Assembly (NCBI GenBank): GCA_040218735.1
Contig: JAVJQW010000011.1
Coordinates: forward strand, 64,001-128,000
Length of the DNA stretch: 64,000 nt
DNA from: Deltaproteobacteria bacterium
Lineage (GTDB): Bacteria; Myxococcota; Kuafuiibacteriia; Kuafuiibacteriales; Kuafuiibacteriaceae
Direction: 5' to 3'
Under the pieces are notes generated by a model. That model saw only the letters and a program-made list of their open reading frames with translations. It ran no database searches and had not been told where the DNA came from. Position numbers and translations under genes: made by a program. The stretch's first letter is position 1, and every line of letters starts with the position of its first letter. This document shows positions 17,719-28,004 of this stretch, piece by piece.

Positions 17719-19041
17719 ATGTCACGCGACGACAAGACCGTGAAGAAGAAGTCGCTGGCGCGCCCGAAGCCGCGCCGCCGCGTCGTGCGCATCGTCTTCG
17801 CGCCCGATCCCGCGGCCCGCGGCCGGGTGGTCGAGCTCGACGGGCGCGAGAAGACCTTCGGCCGCGCCGCCGAAGGGGATGGCCTCGTCGAGGACGACAC
17901 GATGTCGCGGCAACACTTCGCGCTCAGGCCCGAGGCCGGCGCGCAGTACCGCATCGAGGACCTCGGGACCTCGAACGGCACCTTCGTCGACGGGCGTCAG
18001 CTCGGCGGCCCTGCGCCCGTCGAACCGCAGCAGGTGGTCGCCGCGGGGGAGACGCTGTTCACGATCGACGTCGAGCCGAAGAAGGACACCCTCCCCGCCA
18101 CGGACGTCGACGCGGATGCCGTGACCGAGGTCGTCGGTGTGTCCCTCGCGACCGAGCGCTTGCGCCGATCGCTCGCGACCGTCGCGCGCGCGCCCGGCGC
18201 CGTGCTGCTCCTCGGCGCGACGGGGGCCGGCAAGGAGGTTGCCGCGAACGCTATCCACCGACTGAGCGAGCGCCCCGGCGCCCTGGTCGCGGTGAACTGC
18301 GCCGCGATCCCAAAGGACATGGCCGAAGCCGAGCTGTTCGGCCACGTACGCGGCGCGTACACCGGCGCCGAGACGGACCGCGCCGGCTACATCGAACGCG
18401 CCGACGGCGGCACGCTGTTCCTCGACGAAATCGGCGACCTCCCGGAGGCGCTGCAAGCCAAGTTGCTCCGCGTCCTCGAGACGGGTGAAGTCGCGCGCCT
18501 CGGTGCGGAGGGGATGAAGAAGGTCGACGTCCGCTTCATCGGCGCGACGCACAAGGACCTCGAAGGCGGCGCGTTCCGCAAGGACCTCTTCGCGCGCCTG
18601 TCGGACTGGGTGCTCCGCCTCCCGCCGCTGAAGGACCGCAAGGCCGACGTCCTCCCGCTGTTCGATCACTTCCTCGGCGACGCCGAGTCCTACGGACCGG
18701 AGGTCGCCGAGGCGCTCCTCCTCCACGACTGGCCGATGAACGTGCGCGAGCTGCGCAAACTCGCGCAGCGGCTCCGCACCCTCGCGGACTCCGGCGTCGT
18801 CGCGCTCGACGATCTCCCATCGACGCTCACGGAGCGCCTCGCGCATCGGTTCGAAGAGGAGGTCGAGGACCCGGACGACCCCAACATCGCCGCGCCCCCG
18901 CGCGAGGAGCTCGAGGCCGCGCTGCGCGCCTGCAAGGGCAACGTGAAGGACACCGCCACCGCGAACGGCTGGCACCGGACACAGCTCTACCGCTGGCTCA
19001 AGCGACGCGCGATCGATCCGAAAGCCTTCCGGGATGGCTGA
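17719..19041 (+). CDS. FHA-domain sigma54-dependent enhancer-binding protein
   Basis: FHA motifs GR, SRQH, SNGT; GATGAGKE; ELFGHVRGAYTGA (GAFTGA variant); LFLDEIG; WPMNVREL; C-terminal HTH. Start at ATG 17719. Confidence 0.9.
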   Translation: MSRDDKTVKKKSLARPKPRRRVVRIVFAPDPAARGRVVELDGREKTFGRAAEGDGLVEDDTMSRQHFALRPEAGAQYRIEDLGTSNGTFVDGRQLGGPAPVEPQQVVAAGETLFTIDVEPKKDTLPATDVDADAVTEVVGVSLATERLRRSLATVARAPGAVLLLGATGAGKEVAANAIHRLSERPGALVAVNCAAIPKDMAEAELFGHVRGAYTGAETDRAGYIERADGGTLFLDEIGDLPEALQAKLLRVLETGEVARLGAEGMKKVDVRFIGATHKDLEGGAFRKDLFARLSDWVLRLPPLKDRKADVLPLFDHFLGDAESYGPEVAEALLLHDWPMNVRELRKLAQRLRTLADSGVVALDDLPSTLTERLAHRFEEEVEDPDDPNIAAPPREELEAALRACKGNVKDTATANGWHRTQLYRWLKRRAIDPKAFRDG

Positions 19042-20725
19042 CCTCGGCGAGCTCCGCCGACGCCTCGGGATCCCGCGGGACGGCGAAGCGCGCTACGCCC
19101 TGGGCGACGAGCTCGGCCGCGGCGCCTTCGGACGCGTCGTCTCCGCCGAAGACCGCGACCTCGATCGCGCCGTCGCGATCAAGGCCCTCTCCGCCGACCC
19201 CGGCGCGTCCCCGGACGACGCCGAAGCGTTCCTCGCGGAGGCGATGATCACCGGGCGCCTCGAACACCCCAACATCGTCCCCGCGTACGACGTCGGCGTG
19301 CACGACGAGCTCGGCCTCTACTACACGATGAAGCGCCACGGGGGTCGCTCGCTGCGCGGTGCGATCGACGACCTGGAGCTCGGACCGGCGCTCGACGTGT
19401 TCGTCCAGATCTGTCGCGCCGTCGCGCACGCGCATCGCCACGGCGTGGTGCACGCGGACCTCAAACCGGAGAACGTGCTGCTCGGCGAGCGCGGCGAGGT
19501 GCAGGTCGGCGACTGGGGCGTCGCGTTCCGTGTCGACGACGACGGCCGCCCCGTCGGTGGCCCCCGCCCCGGCGAGGGATCGCTTCGGTACATGGCGCCC
19601 GAACAGATCACGGAGGCGTTCGAAGCGCTCGACCACCGCATCGACGTCTGGTCGCTCGGCGTCATGCTCTACGAGCTGCTCACGAAGACGGTCCCGTTCG
19701 ACGGCGCCGACGAAGAGGACGTCCTGGAGTCGATCCTCACCGACCGCGTCGAGCCGCCCTCGCGAATCGATCCCGCGATCCCCGAGGCGATCGACAACAT
19801 CTGCCTCGGCGCGCTGACGAAGTCGCGCTCCGACCGCTACTCGACGGTCGATGTGATGCTCGACGACCTCGAAGCCGAGCTCGCGGGGCGCCGCGAAGAA
19901 CAGCGCAGGCGACAGATCGCCGAGCGTGCCGTCCGCGTGGTGGACGCGTTGCTCGAAGACGCCGACCTCGACGCCTACGCACTCGCCGCCGATCACCTCG
20001 TAGCGGGCCTGTCGCTGGTCCCCGACCACGCCGAGCTCCTCGCGCGCGCCGGGACGATCTACTGGCGCGTCTTCGAGGACATCTACCCCGGCGGCACGAC
20101 CGACGACCCGCAGCGCGCGCTCGCGTTGCTCGCGAGGCTCACCGAGCACGCGCTCGGCGGCGTCGTGCGCGCGAAGCCGGACCAGCTCAGCACCGGCGAC
20201 CTCGAAGACCCGTGGCTGTCGCTCGTACGGCGCCTCACCGCGGGGGAGCGCGTCCAGGCTTCGGAGGCGCCCCCGGCGCTGCTCCGCCTCGTGCGGAGGA
20301 TCGAGTTGCTCGACGCGGCGCCGATCTTCGCGTCCCTCCCCTCGCACCGCCTCCTGACGATCGCCGAGGCCTGCGACGACGTGGCACTCGCCGCGAACGA
20401 GACGCTCTTCGAGACCGGCGACGAGAGCCGCACGCTCTACATCGTCATCGACGGCACCCTGCGCGCCGAGCGCGCCGGACAGGTCCTCTCCACGATGGGC
20501 GCAGGCGAAGTGTTCGGCGAGATCGCGCTGTTCGGTGGGCATCGCCGAACCGCCACCGTCGTCGCCGAGACGGACGCGTCGTGCCTCGCGCTCGACGGCG
20601 CGAAGTTCTCCGAACTCGTCGAGAACAACGGCGACATCGCGCTCGCAGCGCTGAAGGTGTTGAGCGCCCGCCTCGAAGCCGCGACGCGGCGCGAAGCCGC
20701 GCGGCGTCACGCGCCCGGTTCGTGA
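19034..20725 (+). CDS. Ser/Thr protein kinase with C-terminal cyclic nucleotide-binding domain
   Basis: GRGAFG, VAIK, HADLKPEN, DWG, YMAPE, DVWSLG; C-terminal GEVFGEIALF...RTATV. Confidence 0.88.
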   Translation: MADLGELRRRLGIPRDGEARYALGDELGRGAFGRVVSAEDRDLDRAVAIKALSADPGASPDDAEAFLAEAMITGRLEHPNIVPAYDVGVHDELGLYYTMKRHGGRSLRGAIDDLELGPALDVFVQICRAVAHAHRHGVVHADLKPENVLLGERGEVQVGDWGVAFRVDDDGRPVGGPRPGEGSLRYMAPEQITEAFEALDHRIDVWSLGVMLYELLTKTVPFDGADEEDVLESILTDRVEPPSRIDPAIPEAIDNICLGALTKSRSDRYSTVDVMLDDLEAELAGRREEQRRRQIAERAVRVVDALLEDADLDAYALAADHLVAGLSLVPDHAELLARAGTIYWRVFEDIYPGGTTDDPQRALALLARLTEHALGGVVRAKPDQLSTGDLEDPWLSLVRRLTAGERVQASEAPPALLRLVRRIELLDAAPIFASLPSHRLLTIAEACDDVALAANETLFETGDESRTLYIVIDGTLRAERAGQVLSTMGAGEVFGEIALFGGHRRTATVVAETDASCLALDGAKFSELVENNGDIALAALKVLSARLEAATRREAARRHAPGS

Positions 20726-22683
20726 GTGAGCGAGATCCCGATCGTCGGCGCCTCGCGTCCGTACTGCCGCGCGTCGAGCTTCGCCGCCGCGACCGCGAGC
20801 GCGCGGAGGATCGCGCGGCTCGTTCGGTAGAAGTCGAGGTCGTGCAGCTCGTGGCACATGTGCGCGAGCTCGTGCGCGAGCACCGGCATCAACGCGCGCG
20901 CCGCGAGGCGAGGGTCCGGGTTCTTCGACAGGCGGCGCACCGAGCGGTGCGCGGTATTGAAACGAATCTCGCCCATCCGGTACGCGGCCACCGGCCCGAA
21001 TGCGTTCCGCGACACCCCGAACCCCAACCGCGGCAGCGGGCCGGGGAGCAGGCGCGCGAGGGCCTCGCTGACCTCCTCCGTCGCCAGGAACTCCTGCAGC
21101 GCCTCCACGATGCGCTTCGTCCCCGCGTTCACGGAGTTGTCGTTCACCGGCCGCTGGAACAGCGAGTACTCCGCGCGCGGCCCGGACATGAAGCGGTCGC
21201 GCATCCGCGACCACAGCGAGGGACGCGCGATGTCCTCGGCGCGCGCCGCCGCCGGCATCTCGCGGAGCCCGGAGAGCTTCCGGAAGATGTCGCGCTCGAT
21301 GGAGTCGTCGGCGCGTAGGATCGGACCGTCGTCGCGGTCGCGCCACGCGGGGCGGTACGAGAGCGCGCGGAAGCGGTCGGCCTCCTTCAGCTCGGTCAGC
21401 TCTTCGAACGAGTAACGACGCTTCGTCCCCCACGCGTTGAACAGCGGGGAGCGAACCACCGCGCTACTGAATAGATCCTCTGACTCCGCCAGCAGCGACT
21501 CCGGGGTCGTGCTGCGCAAGCCGCGCCGGATGGCGTCGAGCAAGACGATGCGCGCGTAGGCGTCGTGGTTCGACTCGAAGTGCCGCACGACGCGGTACGC
21601 CGCTTCGTACGCGAGCCGACGCAGCTCGTCCTGAAAGCGTGTGAACCGATCGTTTTCGACGAACGCGTTGCGGCTCGCGACGAGCTCGAGCCCCTCCGCG
21701 TGCACCGCGCCGAACACCCCGCGCGGCCACGGCTTGCCCTGCACGCGCGTCAGCGGGATCTCGCAGACGAACAGGCCGCGCTGGTACGCGCGGAACTTCG
21801 ACTCGGAGCGCGCGGGATCGATCGCCGCGACCCCCACCGGGCCGCGCACCGCCGTCGCCGACACCAACGCGCGCTCGACGTTGCTCCAGTCACCGTCCTT
21901 GATCTCCTGCTTGATGTAGTCCGCGAGGTCCTTGCCGAGCAGGCGCCCGTTGAGCTCCGTCTCGACGCCCGAGTACGCCGCGTGGGTCTCGAACACCTCG
22001 ACGGCCTTCGCGACGCGATCCTCGGGCGCACGCGCCGGGTCGAAGTAGACCTCGACACGCGAGCCGCCGGTCTTCGGCCGAGGCGCGTCACTCACTTCGA
22101 TGGACACGCCGCCGCTCACGTCGGGCACGAAGCGAACGATGATGCCGTCGTCGCGCCCGTAACGCGCCGCGCGGAACTCCACGCGCCCCACGCCGAGCTG
22201 CGGGTCGAAGATCGACGCGAACCCGATGCCGAAGCGGCCGATCGCGTCGTTCCCGCGACGCGTCGACGAACCGAGCGTCGTGAGCGCCTCGATGCCCGGC
22301 TCGTCGAGGCCGGTGCCGTTGTCCTCCATCACCACGCGGTCCGACTGCACGCGGATCGTCACCTGCGGATCGCGCCGGTTGCGGACGGCGTCGAGCGCGT
22401 TGGCGTACAGCTCGCGGAACGCGAGGAACGGATCTTCGAACTGGTTCGCCGACAGGACCCGCAGCACGCGGTCCGGATCGGCGCGGTAGAGCGGCCGACG
22501 GGTGCTCGGCGGTTCGGCGCGCGGCGGTGGTTGTTCGACGGCGAGCCGCTCGAAGTGATCGGAGGGCGGGTCCTCCACGTCGTGCGGGCGCCCGAGCACG
22601 GGGAGCTCGTCGCGACTCGAGCGATCGACCGAGCGCCCCTCGTCGGTCGTCGAGTCGTTCATGCTGTCGTAGCGACCGCTCAT
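20707..22683 (-). CDS. HSP90-like GHKL ATPase with C-terminal HExxH metallopeptidase-like motif
   Basis: RELYANALDA, EDNGTG, GRFGIGFAS, GSRV; C-terminal AHELAHMCHELHDLDFY. ATG overlaps the upstream TGA. Confidence 0.75.
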   Translation of the reverse strand: MSGRYDSMNDSTTDEGRSVDRSSRDELPVLGRPHDVEDPPSDHFERLAVEQPPPRAEPPSTRRPLYRADPDRVLRVLSANQFEDPFLAFRELYANALDAVRNRRDPQVTIRVQSDRVVMEDNGTGLDEPGIEALTTLGSSTRRGNDAIGRFGIGFASIFDPQLGVGRVEFRAARYGRDDGIIVRFVPDVSGGVSIEVSDAPRPKTGGSRVEVYFDPARAPEDRVAKAVEVFETHAAYSGVETELNGRLLGKDLADYIKQEIKDGDWSNVERALVSATAVRGPVGVAAIDPARSESKFRAYQRGLFVCEIPLTRVQGKPWPRGVFGAVHAEGLELVASRNAFVENDRFTRFQDELRRLAYEAAYRVVRHFESNHDAYARIVLLDAIRRGLRSTTPESLLAESEDLFSSAVVRSPLFNAWGTKRRYSFEELTELKEADRFRALSYRPAWRDRDDGPILRADDSIERDIFRKLSGLREMPAAARAEDIARPSLWSRMRDRFMSGPRAEYSLFQRPVNDNSVNAGTKRIVEALQEFLATEEVSEALARLLPGPLPRLGFGVSRNAFGPVAAYRMGEIRFNTAHRSVRRLSKNPDPRLAARALMPVLAHELAHMCHELHDLDFYRTSRAILRALAVAAAKLDARQYGREAPTIGISLTHEPGA

Positions 22684-24797
22684 CGCTTCCTCTTCAGCGC
22701 CTGGTCGGCGCGGCCCAGCAGGTCCCACTCGACCTGTCGCGGGTCCGTGCCCTTGCCGAGGTCCGGGTCGGTCGCGAGCAACACGTCGAGGATGAGCCGC
22801 GCGCGCACGGCGTCGACCTCGGCGACGGTGATGAGGTCGCGCACCGTCGGGTGGTTGCGGTTGAGCAGCACGCGGTCCTGACGGCGCAGCAGGATCCGAC
22901 CGTCGTGCGGGTCACCGCTCTGCGACATCAGATCGACGAAGCCGATCTTCACGCGGTCGAGATCCAGACGAACCCCCGACCGAATCGGCAGCTCCGGCGC
23001 GAACTCACGGTAGCCCTTGATCCCCGCCGACGCCGACACCGTCAGCGGCCGCGCGCCCGACGCACGCACCGACCAGCCGCGCGCGACGAAGAAGTCGATC
23101 GGGTGCAGCAGCGCCCGCGACAGCACGTTGAAGCGCCGTTTGCGCGACTCCCCCAAGGTCAACGGCGCACCGGCCTCCGCGCGCAACCAGGACGCGGCCT
23201 TCGCCGACTTCGAGGTCAGCGTCAGGTAGATCATCGCGAACCCCGCCGCCGCCGACAGCGCGGCGACGATGCCCGCGATGGTGACCAGCAAGGTGTTCTT
23301 CCGGCGCGCCGGCGGGAGGCTCACGATGTCGGCGCGCCCGACCTCGTCCGCCGGCTCCAACATCGGGGCCGCCGGCGAAGCGTCCACGGCGTGCGTCGCC
23401 GCGACCGGCGCCGGTGACTGCATCCGCGGCGCGACGTAGAACACCGCGCCCGCCACCGCCGCGGCGACGACCGTCGCACCGATCCACGCGCCCGGCGAGC
23501 GCCACGGCGCACGCACTGCGACCGGCGGGCGGTCGGCGAGCGCGAGCTCCCCGGCCGACCAATCCAACTCGGCGATCTCCACGCCGTCGTCCAGGCCGTC
23601 GACCTCGACGGTCTCGATCGACTGCCGCTCCAGGAAGTCCTCGAGGTCCCGGTACAACAGCAGCACCGGCACGCCGCGGTCCGCATAGGCGCTGATCTCG
23701 TCGCGCGTACGCGGCACCCGCGAGATGGGCACCCGCCCCTCGCGGCGGATCACGTCGATCAGCTCGTTGGCCGACACCAACCCGCCGTCCGCCGTCTCGA
23801 GCACGGGCGCGTCGCGGACCACGGAGTCCGGCGCCTCGTCTTCCGGCTGCAACAACAGCGAGCGCAGCCACTCCAGCGCGGCGCGATCGTTGGCGTCGAG
23901 CCCACGTTCGACCGGCGTTCCGTCCTGCCTCAGGCGTGTCGTTCGCACGCGGAGCTGTCGCGCGACGTGCGCGGTGAACGCCGGCATCTGTGCACGCGCC
24001 GCGCGGAGGAGCGCATCGAACGCCTGGTCCCGGCGCACCGCGTTGCGCGACAGCGTCGGCGCGAGGCGCGGTGAGTCGAGGATGTACGAGACCTCCGCGC
24101 CGAGGAGCGGCGCGTTCTGCTCGAGGACGATGCCCCCGCCCATCAGCGCGTGCTGCGCGTCCGAGACGATGCCGAGGACGCCCTTGCCCGCCTTCGTCGA
24201 GAACGTCAGCGCGTAGATCGTGGGGAGCGCGATGTCGCGGTTGACCGGGGTGCCGTTGACGAACAGCGGGATGGAGATCGATCCGCACGTCTCCTGCACC
24301 AGCTTGAACGCGCGCTCGGCGAGCGCCTCTGCCTCCTCGCGGCCGCAGTCCTTGTAGACACGCACCACCGTCCCGCGCGGCCGTGTCTCGAGGCGCGCGA
24401 TGGTCCCGGAGCCGTCACGGTTGAAGGTGATGCGGTGGGTGTGCTGGCCGGCGCAGGTCTCGACGACCATGCGCGTGATGCCCAGCGCGTACGGCGACAG
24501 CTTCCCGACCCCGAAGCGCCCGCGGTGTTTGCTCGGGTCCTTCTCCGAGAACCCGATCGTCAGGTAACCCTCGACCTCCTCGTCGTTCATCCCGCGTCCG
24601 TCGTCGCGGACCGAGAGGCGGAGGAGGCGCCGGGCGGCGTCGTAGGCGACGTCGGCTTCGATACGGCGGGCCCCCGCATCCGCTGCGTTCTGGACGAGCT
24701 CGCGGACGCAGAGGAGCGGCTCCGGAAACTGCTCGGTCAGCGCTTCGAGGAGGCCCTGGATGTCGACGGAGAATGACTGCCGTTTGGCGCCCGCCAC
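22680..24797 (-). CDS. HSP90-like GHKL ATPase with two predicted TM segments
   Basis: RELVQNAADA, RDDGRGM, GRFGVGKLS, GTVV; hydrophobic stretches WIGATVVAAAVAGAVFYV and LLVTIAGIVAALSAAAGFAMIYL; LNRNHP near the end. Start GTG 24797 is inferred. Confidence 0.75.
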   Translation of the reverse strand: MAGAKRQSFSVDIQGLLEALTEQFPEPLLCVRELVQNAADAGARRIEADVAYDAARRLLRLSVRDDGRGMNDEEVEGYLTIGFSEKDPSKHRGRFGVGKLSPYALGITRMVVETCAGQHTHRITFNRDGSGTIARLETRPRGTVVRVYKDCGREEAEALAERAFKLVQETCGSISIPLFVNGTPVNRDIALPTIYALTFSTKAGKGVLGIVSDAQHALMGGGIVLEQNAPLLGAEVSYILDSPRLAPTLSRNAVRRDQAFDALLRAARAQMPAFTAHVARQLRVRTTRLRQDGTPVERGLDANDRAALEWLRSLLLQPEDEAPDSVVRDAPVLETADGGLVSANELIDVIRREGRVPISRVPRTRDEISAYADRGVPVLLLYRDLEDFLERQSIETVEVDGLDDGVEIAELDWSAGELALADRPPVAVRAPWRSPGAWIGATVVAAAVAGAVFYVAPRMQSPAPVAATHAVDASPAAPMLEPADEVGRADIVSLPPARRKNTLLVTIAGIVAALSAAAGFAMIYLTLTSKSAKAASWLRAEAGAPLTLGESRKRRFNVLSRALLHPIDFFVARGWSVRASGARPLTVSASAGIKGYREFAPELPIRSGVRLDLDRVKIGFVDLMSQSGDPHDGRILLRRQDRVLLNRNHPTVRDLITVAEVDAVRARLILDVLLATDPDLGKGTDPRQVEWDLLGRADQALKRKR

Positions 24798-24807
24798 GGC
24801 CGTCAGT

Positions 24808-26025
24808 CTACCTGAAAAGCGATAACACCACCCAAACGGCGACCGCGGACACCGCCAGGACCGCCGGCCAGAACCACATCGGCCTACCGGGCAGGGCTTC
24901 CAGCGACAGATCCTCGGTGCCGGACATCGCCAGCACCGCGTCACGACGGGGCGGGAGCGGGGGGATCGTGAGCACACCGTGGTCATCGACGGTGGGATCG
25001 AACGCGCTGACCTCGTCGGTGGAGAGGTTGCCCCCGGCGGTCCACATCACCACCTCCTCCTCCGGCTCACGACGCGCCAGATCCACGACCGGCGCGGACA
25101 GCTCCTCGTCGAGGGTGACGTCCAGCGACCGGACCCACTCCACGACCGACTGCCGCCCGCCGTCCACGAGCGCGGCGTAGTCGGTGCACGCGCGGAGCGC
25201 GTCGGCCATCGCGGCGGCGTCGGCGAACCGATCTTGGGGCGCACACGCGAGGCCCTTCAGGAGGACCGCGCGGATGTCCTCGGGGAGCCGCTCCACCGCC
25301 GACGCCGGAAACACCGGCGGGTCGAAGGAGGTCCTCAGCAGCTCCTTGATCGAGTCCAGCGGCGGCCACGGGTGGGTGCCCGTCAGCAGCTCGAAGAGGA
25401 TCACACTCACCGAGAAGACGTCGGCGCGCGTGTCGATGTACTCGGCCATCCGGTGCTCGGGCGCCATGTAACGCGCCGTCCCGATCACCCGGCCCGGCAG
25501 CGTGATCGCCGGGCCCAGGACGTCCTTGGTGATCCCGAAGTCGATGATCACGGGCACCCCGTCGCGCGAGATGATCACGTTCGCGGGGGTGACGTCGCGG
25601 TGGAGCATCGGCCGCGGCTCTCCGTTTTCGTCGGTCACCGCGTGCATCGCGGCGAGGCCGTCGAGGAGCCCCGTCCCGATCGACAGCCCGGCCGCGACTG
25701 GCGGCGCGCGGTCGTCGGCGAACACCGGATCGAGGAGCCGGTTGAGGCTGTGGCCGGTGACCATGTCCATCGCGATGTAGTGACAGCGACCGACGCGCCC
25801 GAACTCGTGGAAACGCACGAGGTTGTCGTGGCCGAGCCGCGAGGCGACCTGCGCTTCGAGGATGAAGCGCCGCAGGTATTCGGCGTCGTCCGCGAGGTCG
25901 GCCCGGATGCGCTTGAGGACGAGGCGCGGCCCCGCCGCCCCTCGACGCTGCGCGATGAACGCCTCCGCCATGCCGCCGCGGCCCAGGAGACGCTCGAGGA
26001 TGAATGGCCCGAAACGTTCGGACAC
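24808..26025 (-). CDS. Membrane-anchored Ser/Thr protein kinase
   Basis: GRGGMA, VLK, HRDVTPAN, DFG, YMAPE, DVFS; C-terminal TM helix. Start is approximate. Confidence 0.88.
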   Translation of the reverse strand: MSERFGPFILERLLGRGGMAEAFIAQRRGAAGPRLVLKRIRADLADDAEYLRRFILEAQVASRLGHDNLVRFHEFGRVGRCHYIAMDMVTGHSLNRLLDPVFADDRAPPVAAGLSIGTGLLDGLAAMHAVTDENGEPRPMLHRDVTPANVIISRDGVPVIIDFGITKDVLGPAITLPGRVIGTARYMAPEHRMAEYIDTRADVFSVSVILFELLTGTHPWPPLDSIKELLRTSFDPPVFPASAVERLPEDIRAVLLKGLACAPQDRFADAAAMADALRACTDYAALVDGGRQSVVEWVRSLDVTLDEELSAPVVDLARREPEEEVVMWTAGGNLSTDEVSAFDPTVDDHGVLTIPPLPPRRDAVLAMSGTEDLSLEALPGRPMWFWPAVLAVSAVAVWVVLSLFR

Positions 26026-26075
26026 GGGCGGGACGATACCCACCGCCCCGCACACCTGGAAACTCGAAAATGGGC

Positions 26076-26462
26076 CTATTCGATGCGCGAGAGCGCGAGG
26101 GTCTGGAAAGGGGTTTCCAGGTCTGCGTACGTGAAGCGCCGACAGGCGAACTGAATGGGGGTCCCGGCGTCGTCCTCGGTGTGCACGATGGCGTCGATCG
26201 CCTCGAGGTCGAGCGCGTCGAACCCGATCTCGCGGGGCGTGTCGTCGTCGCGGGTCCAGCGCTCCGATCGAACGCCTTCCACCGTCTGCACGTTGTCGAG
26301 ATCGACGGCCGGACAGCGTGGATCACCGGTGCCATCGGCGAGGGTGAGGACGAGCGTCGCCGCCAGGCCCGACAGCCCCTCGATGCGCAGCTCCATTGGG
26401 CGGCGCGCGATCGACCCGCACCCGAGGGTGCCGAGCAGGAGCGCCACCGCCAAGACCCGCAT
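26076..26462 (-). CDS. Small hypothetical lipoprotein
   Basis: MRVLAVALLLGTLGC lipobox; two further Cys. Confidence 0.6.
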   Translation of the reverse strand: MRVLAVALLLGTLGCGSIARRPMELRIEGLSGLAATLVLTLADGTGDPRCPAVDLDNVQTVEGVRSERWTRDDDTPREIGFDALDLEAIDAIVHTEDDAGTPIQFACRRFTYADLETPFQTLALSRIE

Positions 26463-26510
26463 GCCTGGGAGCGTAGCCTGGCGCGAGGTCCGCTGCTAGC
26501 GTGTCGGCCG

Positions 26511-28001
26511 GTGCTCGGCTCGCTCCTCGCGCTCTCGGTGGCCTCCGTCCCCGGGCAACTCACGATCGTCGGGCCGGCCGACCCGGTGGAGATCGAGGTC
26601 GGACAGACCGTGCTCGTCGAGGTGAAGGCGCGGGTGGCGCGCCCGGACGTCGTGGCGATCCCCCCGGTGCGTGCGGTGATCGTACGACCGACCGGGGTTC
26701 GCAGCGGGCGCAACGCGAAGGTCCTCCCCTGGATCGAGGTCGTGAAGGTCTCGCGCCGCTTCGTGACGGCGCGCGTGCCCGTCACCGGGCTCGCGCAGGG
26801 CCAGACCACGGTGGCGTTCGGGCTCGAGATCCACGAGCGCGGCGCGGTCGACCCCGTCGGTGTGAAACCCGTCTCGCTCGCCGTGAAGGTCGTCGCCCCG
26901 ACCACGTCCGCGGCGGAGATCGAACCATGGGTCGAGGCCTTCACCCGCGCCGACGGCGCCGCGAAGGACGCCCACCGAAAGATCTCGAAGGCGCTACGCC
27001 GAAAGATACCGATCGACCGCGTCTCCCCCTACCCGCGCGAAGGGGTCGAAGACCGCGACCTCGCGCCGCTCGCGCGCTTCTACGGGCAACGCCTTCGCGC
27101 GCTCGCCGCGCAACGTGCCTTGCGCGCCGCGGCCGACGCCGACGACACAGCGCTCGCGCAAAAGGCCACCCTCGCGATCGGCAGCATCACGCCGCCGGTC
27201 GGTGAGGACTACGACACAACCGCGTTGCAGCGCCTGACGAACGCGAAGGCCATCGCCGCGATCACCCGCGCGATCGACGACCTGCGCGTGCAGCGCGCGC
27301 ACGCGTTCGCGGACGCGCTCCTCGCGTCGGGCCGACTGGACCTCTCGGAGCTCGCGGAGGTGCTCGCGCTCCGTGGGTTCGTGATGCTGGTCCGCGGCGA
27401 GGCCAACCGCGCGGAGCGTGAGCTCGGGCGCGCGTACTGCGTGCGCGCGGACCTGGAGCCCGCGGTGAAGCGCCCGTGGTTCGTCGAGGCGGCCCGCGCC
27501 GCGAAGACCGCAAACGCATGCTCGCGCCCCCTCGCGGTCGACCGCGTCGTCGCCACGCACGTGGTGAAGGACGACACCCCGGCGCTGGAGGTCATCGCGA
27601 CGTTCGGGCCCGACCCGCACCACCTCGTCGCGAAGGCGAACATCCAGCTTTGGGGTTACGACGGCGCGCTCGACACCTCGCTCACCGTGCCCGCGCTCCA
27701 CGCGAAGATCCCGCGCGCGGAGGCGCGGCTGACGGGCTCCGTCCCCACCGGCGACGGCTACGCGCTCATCAAGGTCTTCCTCCTCGACGCCAACGGCACC
27801 GAGCTCGTGGCGACCGGCGATCCGGATCCGCTCGCGGTCCCGGTGGTCGCGGGTGAAGGCAGCGGCGGCCCCCTCCCCTGGTGGGTGTGGGCGATCGCCG
27901 GCGGCGTCGTCGTGGCCGGCGCGGCCACCGCTGGCGTCGTCGCGCTGTCACGCGGCGGCGACGTCGAGCGGGTCATCGGCCCGGTGGACGTGAGGTTCTG
28001 A
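26511..28001 (+). CDS. Hypothetical exported protein with TPR-like helical middle and C-terminal membrane anchor
   Basis: Signal-like start; PWWVWAIAGGVVVAGAATAG C-terminal segment typical of myxobacterial proteins. Start is uncertain. Confidence 0.6.
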   Translation: MLGSLLALSVASVPGQLTIVGPADPVEIEVGQTVLVEVKARVARPDVVAIPPVRAVIVRPTGVRSGRNAKVLPWIEVVKVSRRFVTARVPVTGLAQGQTTVAFGLEIHERGAVDPVGVKPVSLAVKVVAPTTSAAEIEPWVEAFTRADGAAKDAHRKISKALRRKIPIDRVSPYPREGVEDRDLAPLARFYGQRLRALAAQRALRAAADADDTALAQKATLAIGSITPPVGEDYDTTALQRLTNAKAIAAITRAIDDLRVQRAHAFADALLASGRLDLSELAEVLALRGFVMLVRGEANRAERELGRAYCVRADLEPAVKRPWFVEAARAAKTANACSRPLAVDRVVATHVVKDDTPALEVIATFGPDPHHLVAKANIQLWGYDGALDTSLTVPALHAKIPRAEARLTGSVPTGDGYALIKVFLLDANGTELVATGDPDPLAVPVVAGEGSGGPLPWWVWAIAGGVVVAGAATAGVVALSRGGDVERVIGPVDVRF

Positions 28002-28004
28002 GCG

